Assembly: GCF_004010195.1 (NCBI RefSeq)
Contig: NC_057757.1
Coordinates: 358,367-422,366 of the forward strand
Reading direction: 5' to 3'
Length of the DNA: 64,000 nt
DNA from: Chiloscyllium plagiosum
Taxonomy: Eukaryota
The notes below the pieces were generated by a model that had not been told where the DNA came from, ran no database searches, and worked only from the letters and a program-made list of their open reading frames with translations. Shown here one piece after another: positions 1 through 64,000 of the stretch (positions within the stretch are counted from its first letter, which is position 1; every line of letters begins with the position of its first letter). The position numbers and the translations under genes were made by a program.

Positions 1-159
1 GTCAGGAGTGGTGGGGGGGGGGGGGGGGGGGAAGGGTCGCCAAGTTCAGGAGTGGGGGACTAGTTGAGATCAAGGTTGTCTGATAGGGGTATTTAAAGAA
101 GGATAGATGAGAACTAAATTTTGGGTGGTGTTACTTCTCCTTGGGGTAGGATCATCAAA

Positions 160-590
160 TCCCTAGTGTGGAATGAGGCCATTCGGTCTGTAGAATCAGG
201 GGTGTGGTGCTGGAAAAGTGCAGCAGGTTAGGCAGCATCCAAGGAGCTGGAGGATTGATGTTTTGGGCAAAAGCCCTTCATCAGGAATGAGGCCCCACCA
301 AGCTTCCAAAGAACACCACACACAGATGCACCCCTTACCCTATCCCTATAATCCTGCATTTCCTATGGCTAGCCCATTTAACCTGCATATCCCTGGGCAC
401 AATGGGACAATTTAGCATGGCCAATCCACCCTAACCTGCATATGTTTGGACTGAGGGGGGGGGGAAAACCTGAGCACCTGGAGGAAACCCACACAAACAT
501 GGGGATAACATGCAAACTACGCATGGACAGGCAGTCGCCCAAGGGTGGTATTGAACCTGGCTAACCCCTGAGCCACTGTGACACACACAC
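160..590 (-). mobile_element. HE1-like V-SINE interrupted by a hammerhead-type short element (about 197-287)
   Basis: V-SINE core (acctgagcacctggaggaaacccacac) on the - strand; the insert carries ctggaaaagtgcagcaggttaggcagcatcc...cttcatcagg. Confidence 0.75.
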
Positions 591-989
591 GCTCAACACA
601 CAAAAAATAGTGCACCTTCAAATCAAGCAATGCTATTCGTACAGCCTTCACAGCAGTTAAAGATTTTGAAAACATTTTCCTGTCATTTAGACCCAGTTGA
701 CACCAGGATTTTGTATTTAAACATTGCTTTTTCATTACAAGTTATTAGATGATAGGTAAATTGTTATGAACTGTTGGCAGTTAGTTTTATTAATTAAACC
801 TCTAATATCTTTAAATTTTCCCTTACACATGCATGCACATACGTATACAGAAAAAGATTGGTGTTACGAATGAAGCAAAAGTCAGGAGAGCAATTTAGTG
901 GTCTTTGTTCACAGAATCCGCTGAGATTCTCCTTGTGCTGATCAGAATGCTGTTTCATTCTTCCTTCTCCAGTTACTTACACTGGTTTG

Positions 990-2035
990 TGAGTGATTGG
1001 TTCGTTTATTATATTTTGCCGATGATACAAAGTTTGGTGGAGTTATGGATAGTGTGGAGGGTGGTTGTGGGTTGCAATGAGGCATTGACAGGATGCAGAA
1101 GTTCCTGATGAACGGCTTTTGCGCGAAACATCAGTTCTCCTGCTCCTTAGATGTTGCCTGACCTGCTGTGCTTTTCCAGCACCACACTCTCGCCTCTGAT
1201 CTCCAGCATCTGCAATGCTCACTCTCAGGATGCAGAACTAGGCTGTTAAGTGGCAGATGGAGTTCAATCTGGAAAAGTGTTAAGTCATTCACTTTGGAAG
1301 TTAGAATACAGATTAAAGGTGGAATTCTTGGCGGTGTTGAGGAACAGAGGGATCTTGAGTCCATGTCCATAGATCCCTCAAAGTTGCCACCCAAGTTGCT
1401 AGGGTTGTTAAGAAGGCATATGATGTGTTGGTTTTCACAAGCAGGGGGATTGAGTTTAAGAGCTGCAAGATTATGCTGCAGCTTTACAGAGCCTTGCTTA
1501 GACCACACTTGAAATACTGTGTTCACTTTTGGTTGCCTCTTTATAGGAAAGATATAGATGCTTTAGAGAGGGTGCAAAGGAAGTTTACCGGGATACTGCC
1601 TGGTTTGGAGGGCTTGTTTTCTGAAGAGAGACTGAATGAGCTCGGGCTTTTTACACCGGTGAGAAGGAAGAGAGGTGACTTGATAGAGGTATACAAGGTA
1701 ATGAGAGGCATCGATAGAGTAGATAGCCAGAGTCTTTTTCGGGCGAAAATGGCTATCACGAAGGGTCATAATTTTAAGATGATTGGAGGAAGATATAGGG
1801 GAGATGTCAGGGGGAGGTTCTTTACACAGAGGGTGGTGGGTGCATGGAGTGCACTGCCAGCAATGGTAGTAGAGTCAGATACATTAGGGACATTTAAGCA
1901 ACTCTTTTATAGGCACATAGAAGTTAGTACAATGACGGGTACGTAGATTAGTCTGATCTTGGAGTTGGATAGAAAGCTGGCACAACATCGAAGGCCGAAG
2001 GGCTTGTGCTGTGCTATGATGTTCTATGTTCTTTT
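990..2035 (+). mobile_element. CR1 (HER1-like) LINE 3' fragment
   Basis: ORF 1425-1946 LYRALLRPHLKYCVHFW...RGDLIEVYK...FFTQRVVGAW is the CR1 ORF2 C-terminus; ttctatg-type tail. Confidence 0.9.
1101..1225 (+). mobile_element. Short Penelope-related element with a degenerate hammerhead core, inserted in CR1
   Basis: CTGATGAA-cggc-tttt-gcgc-GAAACATC; 12-bp direct repeat caggatgcagaa at 1089-1100 and 1226-1237. Confidence 0.8.
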
Positions 2036-2489
2036 ATGAAAGGTCTTTGCTTATCAATTAAAAGTCACAGCTCACAGTAATTACTGGAGGGAAAATAAAC
2101 TTGTTTTCTTCATGCTTAAAATAGCTTTTACTGCAGCAAACAGAGAGCTCCTGAGCTTGTGGGGGTCTGAAGGAATCCCCCTATCCTTTCTTAATCAATA
2201 ATTAGTTGCTAATCTACAGACCAATGAGCTTTGTTGATAACCAAATCTGCATCTGTACATAACCCCTGGTCTCCAGTTTGTCCGCAAACCATACTTCAGC
2301 CACTGTTGGAACCAGCATCTCTACAAACACTGTTCACAATGAGTTTGACCGATTACTTGCCTTTAAAACATGCAGCAATCTTCCAGGAGTAATTCTTGGT
2401 TTTAAAACAAATCATTACTCATTTCAGTCCTCAATTTAAAATACAGAAAAGTAAAAAGACAATGTTTACAAAGTTTGTTCATTGTTAGG

Positions 2490-2915
2490 GATTCAGAGGA
2501 AGCTTATTAGACTAATAGCTGGAATGAGTGGATTGTCTGTGACAAAACGTTAGGCAGGCCGGGCTTCTATCCACTGGGGTTTAGAAGAGTAAGAGACAAC
2601 TTGATTGAAAAGTAAGATGCTGGACATCCTCTCCACAGATGATGTTTCCATTTGTGGGAGAATCTTGGTCATCGTTTAAAAATAAGGTGTGGCTCATTTT
2701 TGACAGAAGAGAGTTTGTTTTTCGAAAGGGATCATGAGTCTTTGGATCCCTCTTCCTAAAAAGGAGGTGGAAATGGAGTCCTTGAATATTTTTAAGGCAG
2801 ACATAGATTCTTGATAAGCATAAGGAGTGAAAGATTATCAGGGGTAGGCAGAAATGTGGAGTAACCAGATCAGACATGATCTTATTGAACAGTGGAGCAG
2901 GTTCACGGGCCATTT
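2490..2915 (+). mobile_element. Old CR1 3' fragment
   Basis: degenerate CR1 3' end (gatcttattgaacagtggagcaggttcacgggcc). Confidence 0.65.
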
Positions 2916-3799
2916 CAGTTTGGAGATTTCTCTATTCTTCACATCTGTGTTAAAACTGCAATATCAATTGTCAGTCTTTTTACATTACACATATTGTTGA
3001 GTGTATGCCATTCCATAGCAACTTATTGATTATCTAAGACTCAATGGGGATTGATGAAGGATCCCTTTTTACAATTGCTTCCAATATTGTCACCCAGAAA
3101 AAAAACATCGAACCTACCTCCTCACCAAAAGTGAGTTTTTTTTTTGCTGCTAAGGTACTTCTGATTATTCTGATCTTTATAGCTCCCCTCCCTTTCCAAG
3201 AAGAAAAAACTATAAACCTGCCTGCACTCGATAACCCATCACAGAGATTTGCAAGCAATAAATGTCATGTTCCTGTTATTGTCCCAATGATGGAAATTTA
3301 AAAATGTTCTATTTGAATCAGTCTTGTTTTGTGGATTAGTGTTTTTTTAAGAACTTAATGTAGTGAATAGAGCAGCTTCCTAATTTAGCACATCAAAGAT
3401 TCTCATTCTGGAACAAAATTGTCAGGAAATATATCAACTCCCTGGTGAAAACGTTGCCAGTGATTCCCTTCCTGTTGATGATGAAATAGGGCAGAATTTT
3501 TTGCTCTTAATTTCTGTTAGTATAATCTGCAGTTCCTACTGACCCACCCTGATCTAACATAAGTTATCTGACTCGCCCTTCAGTGCAAATTCAGTGTCAC
3601 CAGTTACAATACTTTCCAAAGCTTCATGGAGCTGGCGAGGGAGTCAGTGGTACTGAATTAATTTTGACTTTTTTCAAATATTATAGAAGTTGGACATTTT
3701 AATCAGACACATCATGTCTTTCTCAAGTCATACAGTCGAGTGTAAATATTGATTCTAAAGAGGGTGGTAGCATGCTTCCTGACATCACCCCTGAGAGGT

Positions 3800-4170
3800 T
3801 CGGAACTCTGGAGCGAGTAACTCGCCTCCTGACTCCCCAAAATCCACCCACGATGTACAAGGTATCAGTCAGGAGTGTGATGGAATACACTACCGTTGTC
3901 TTTTTGAGTGCAGTTCCAACAACACCAAACATCAAGAAGCTCAGCACCATCCAGAATAAAGCAGCCTACTTGACTGGCACCACATCCACTCCCTCCACCA
4001 CCGACAGTCAGCAGCAGCAGTGTGTACCATCTACAACAACTCGCCAAGGCTCCTTCAACAGCACCTTCCAAACCCACAACTAAAGGACAAGGGCAGCAAT
4101 TTCAAGGGAATACCACCACTTGGCAAGTTCCCCTCTGAGCTACGTATACATATTCCTTCAGTGCCATACT
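3800..4170 (+). mobile_element. CR1-group LINE (Crack/L2B-like) 3' fragment; tail continues at about 4720-4810
   Basis: TMYKVSVRSVMEY...KKLSTIQNKAAYL; same family at 25690-25930, 32500-32890 (-) and 44200-44920; clade assignment tentative. Confidence 0.7.
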
Positions 4171-4171
4171 G

Positions 4172-4720
4172 ACATACAGCATTGAAACAGACCCTGTGGT
4201 CCAACTTGTCCATGCCCACCAGGTATCCTTAATTAATCCCATTTGCCAGCATTTGGCCCGTAACCCTCTAAACCCCTCCTATTCATGTACCCATCCAAAT
4301 ACCTTTTAAAGTTATAATTGCACCCACCTCCACCATTTCCTCTGGCACCTCATTCCATACACGCATTACCTTCAATATGAAGAAGTTACTCCTCGGGTCC
4401 CTTTTAAATCTTTCCCCTCTCACCTTGAACCTATGCCTTCTCGTTTTGGACTCTCCTACACTGGTGAAAAGACCTTGTCTATTTACCCTATGCATGTCCC
4501 TCATGATTTTCTAAGCCTATATAAGGTCACCTTTCAGCCTCCGCTCCAGGGAAAATAGCCCCAACCTATTCACAGCCTCTCCCTATAGCTCAATCCTCCA
4601 GTCCCGGCAACATTCCTGCAGATCTTTTCTGCACTTTCTCTAGTTGACAGCATCCTTCCTATAGAAGGGCAACCTGAATTGCATGGAATATTCCAAAAGA
4701 GGCCTCACCAATGTCCTGGA
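4172..4720 (-). mobile_element. CR1 3' fragment nested in the preceding LINE
   Basis: ORF 4283-4504 GESKTRRHRFKVRGERFKRD...VWNEVPEE. Confidence 0.88.
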
Positions 4721-4814
4721 ACCTCCTGCCCAGCAGCAGCACACCACCACTTTCTCAAGGGCACTTAAGGCCTGGCAATAAATACTGGCTTAGCTGGTGT
4801 AATCCAGACCCTAT

Positions 4815-6280
4815 TGTCACAACACAGGGTAATATTGCCCACCACCCACAATTTTAAACCAGCAGCACAGAAAAACAATTATCCCATGAGAGGCCAAGAA
4901 CAATCCCAAAGGTAAAAATTTAACAACTTTATTTCTTAAAGTATAACAGAGAATAATTAACTAACAGCTATTTACAACTCCTTCCTCTAAACTATCTTTT
5001 ACTTTACCTTCTATAATACTAGTCCAATAAAACCCTGAACTAAGATTTAATAAAAAATTCAAATTTCAAACACAGCCAGCGGTCAAATCTTCTCCTTATA
5101 TCTTCCGCTTTAGATTTGCTCTCAGGCCAGTGTTGATACTTTCCTCTGCAAACTCCTTCACCAGACAGGTACCTCAGAGATCTGACCAGCAGCTTACATA
5201 GGGTCATAGAGATGTACAGCATGGAAACAGACCCTTCGGTCCAACCCGTCCTTGCCGACCAGATATCCCAACCCAATCTAGTCCCACCTGCCAGCGCCCA
5301 GCCCATATCCCTCCAAATCCTTCCTATTCATATACCCATCCAAATGCCTCCTAAATGTTGCAATTGTACCAGCCTCTACCACTTCCTCTGGCAGCTCATT
5401 CCATACACGTACCACCCTCTGCGTGAAAACGTTGCCCCTTTTACATCTTTCCCCTCTCACCCTAAACATATGCCCTCTAGTTCTGGACTCCCCGACCCCA
5501 GGGAACAGACTTTGTCTATTTATCCTATCCATGCCCCTCATAATTTTGTAAGCCTCTATAAGGTCACCCCTAAGTCTCCGACACTCCAGGGAAAACAGCC
5601 CCAGCCTGTTCAGCCTCTCCCTGTAGCTCAAACCCTCCAACCCTGGCAACATCCTTGTAAATCTTTTCTGAACCCTTTCAAGTTTCACAACATCTTTCTG
5701 ATAGGAAGGATTCCAGAATTGCACGCAATATTCCAACAGTGGCCTCACCACTGTCCTGCATAGCCGCAACATGACCTCCCAACTCCTGTACTCAATACTC
5801 TGACCAATAAAGGAAAGCATACCAAACGCTGCCTTCACTATCCTATCTACCTGCGACTCCACTTTCAAGGAGCTATAAACCTGCACTCCAAGGTCTCTTT
5901 GTTCAAGATTAGTTGTGAAATTCACTGTTTGTTAATTTTCCCAGACGCACTCCGATGTCCAGCGATACATAAATCTGTTGGTCTTTTGGCAGTTCTCTCC
6001 CAACTGTTCAACTTTTCCTGATTTTCTACCCTCAGAGCATCGGGTTGTCATTGGCTTTTAATATCGCAAATATACTAAATTCAAACTTGATTGGTGTTTG
6101 TTTTTTGGGGTATAATTTAAACTGATTGGCCTAATTCAAATTTGTTTTTGTCTCGCAGCAACCAGCTACGCTAGCTGCTGGACCACATATTACACTGTGT
6201 CTTATTCAGAGCACTTGGTGCTGTCAGGTGGTTCTGCTAGCTTTTAACTCTCTTAAAGGTATAGTACACCTACATCATCA
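4815..6280. mobile_element. Probable solo LTR interrupted by CR1
   Basis: starts TGTCAC, AT-rich LTR-like body, ends near CA; no TSD confirmed. Confidence 0.45.
5198..5905 (-). mobile_element. Young CR1 3' fragment
   Basis: open 215-aa ORF 5278-5925 (EQRDLGVQV...LEYCVQFW...RGDLIEAYK); ctatga-type tail. Confidence 0.93.
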
Positions 6281-6658
6281 AAGCACTGGAAAAAATAAAA
6301 AATATTAAGATTATGTCTTTTTGTTTTAGATTTTTCTACTTCGGGAAACAGCTTTTCTGTCATCATTGTGACTGATACTGGGTTCACTGGCTTTTTGTTT
6401 GTTAGTACATTAGAGGTATCATCCAGTTAATTAAACTGGTTAAAACCCAGTGAACAGGGGAGTATCACACTCACGTTTCAAGCATTTACCTGGTAATATT
6501 CCCAACACTGGAACTGTGCAGTTGTGTTTGTTCAGTAAAATACAATGCCAGCCTTTTGAACTGATTTCAGACACCAGTGGTGTGATGATACATTTATTGA
6601 GTAGTATTGGGGTCTCCAGATGGCATAGCTTGACCTGTTCTGTTTGTGCACGTTTCAG

Positions 6659-63952
<57,294 letters not shown>

Positions 63953-64000
63953 GTAAGTACTTTGCAGTGAAGATGCAGTTGATTCACATGTTCATGCTTT

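Noticed and set aside
762..2470. Possible solo LTR starting TGTTATGAAC around the CR1 fragment
   Set aside because: No convincing matching right end or TSD
1..6658. ACADVL exon 1 or promoter
   Set aside because: No ATG-bearing exon with a phase-2 donor or CpG-rich promoter was recognisable; probably upstream of the window

Overview
Eukaryotic genomic DNA from a cartilaginous fish, most likely a shark (HE1-type V-SINEs, HER1/CR1 LINEs and Deu-domain SINEs are abundant). One host gene runs on the + strand: ACADVL (very-long-chain acyl-CoA dehydrogenase). Exons 2-18 (6659-63952, 1689 coding nt) join through GT-AG introns into one open frame, with the catalytic IFEGTND motif intact. Exon 1 was not found and exons 19-20 lie beyond the window. 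The introns are mostly transposon debris: a near full-length decayed CR1 LINE (46125-50657), a two-LTR Gmr1-like Ty3/gypsy element with integrase before RT (51688-57400, - strand), a second Gmr1-like gag/protease fragment, solo LTRs, Rex1/Babar and Penelope fragments, SINEs and minisatellites. The most unusual signal is a set of short, often fold-back elements carrying minimal hammerhead-ribozyme cores. Several are flanked by 12-15 bp direct repeats, and one is a perfect 83-bp palindrome at 28060-28270. Most ORFs in the supplied track are spurious or TE-derived. Exon, LTR and TSD coordinates were counted base by base; boundaries of old repeats are approximate. Family names rest on recall, not on a database search.
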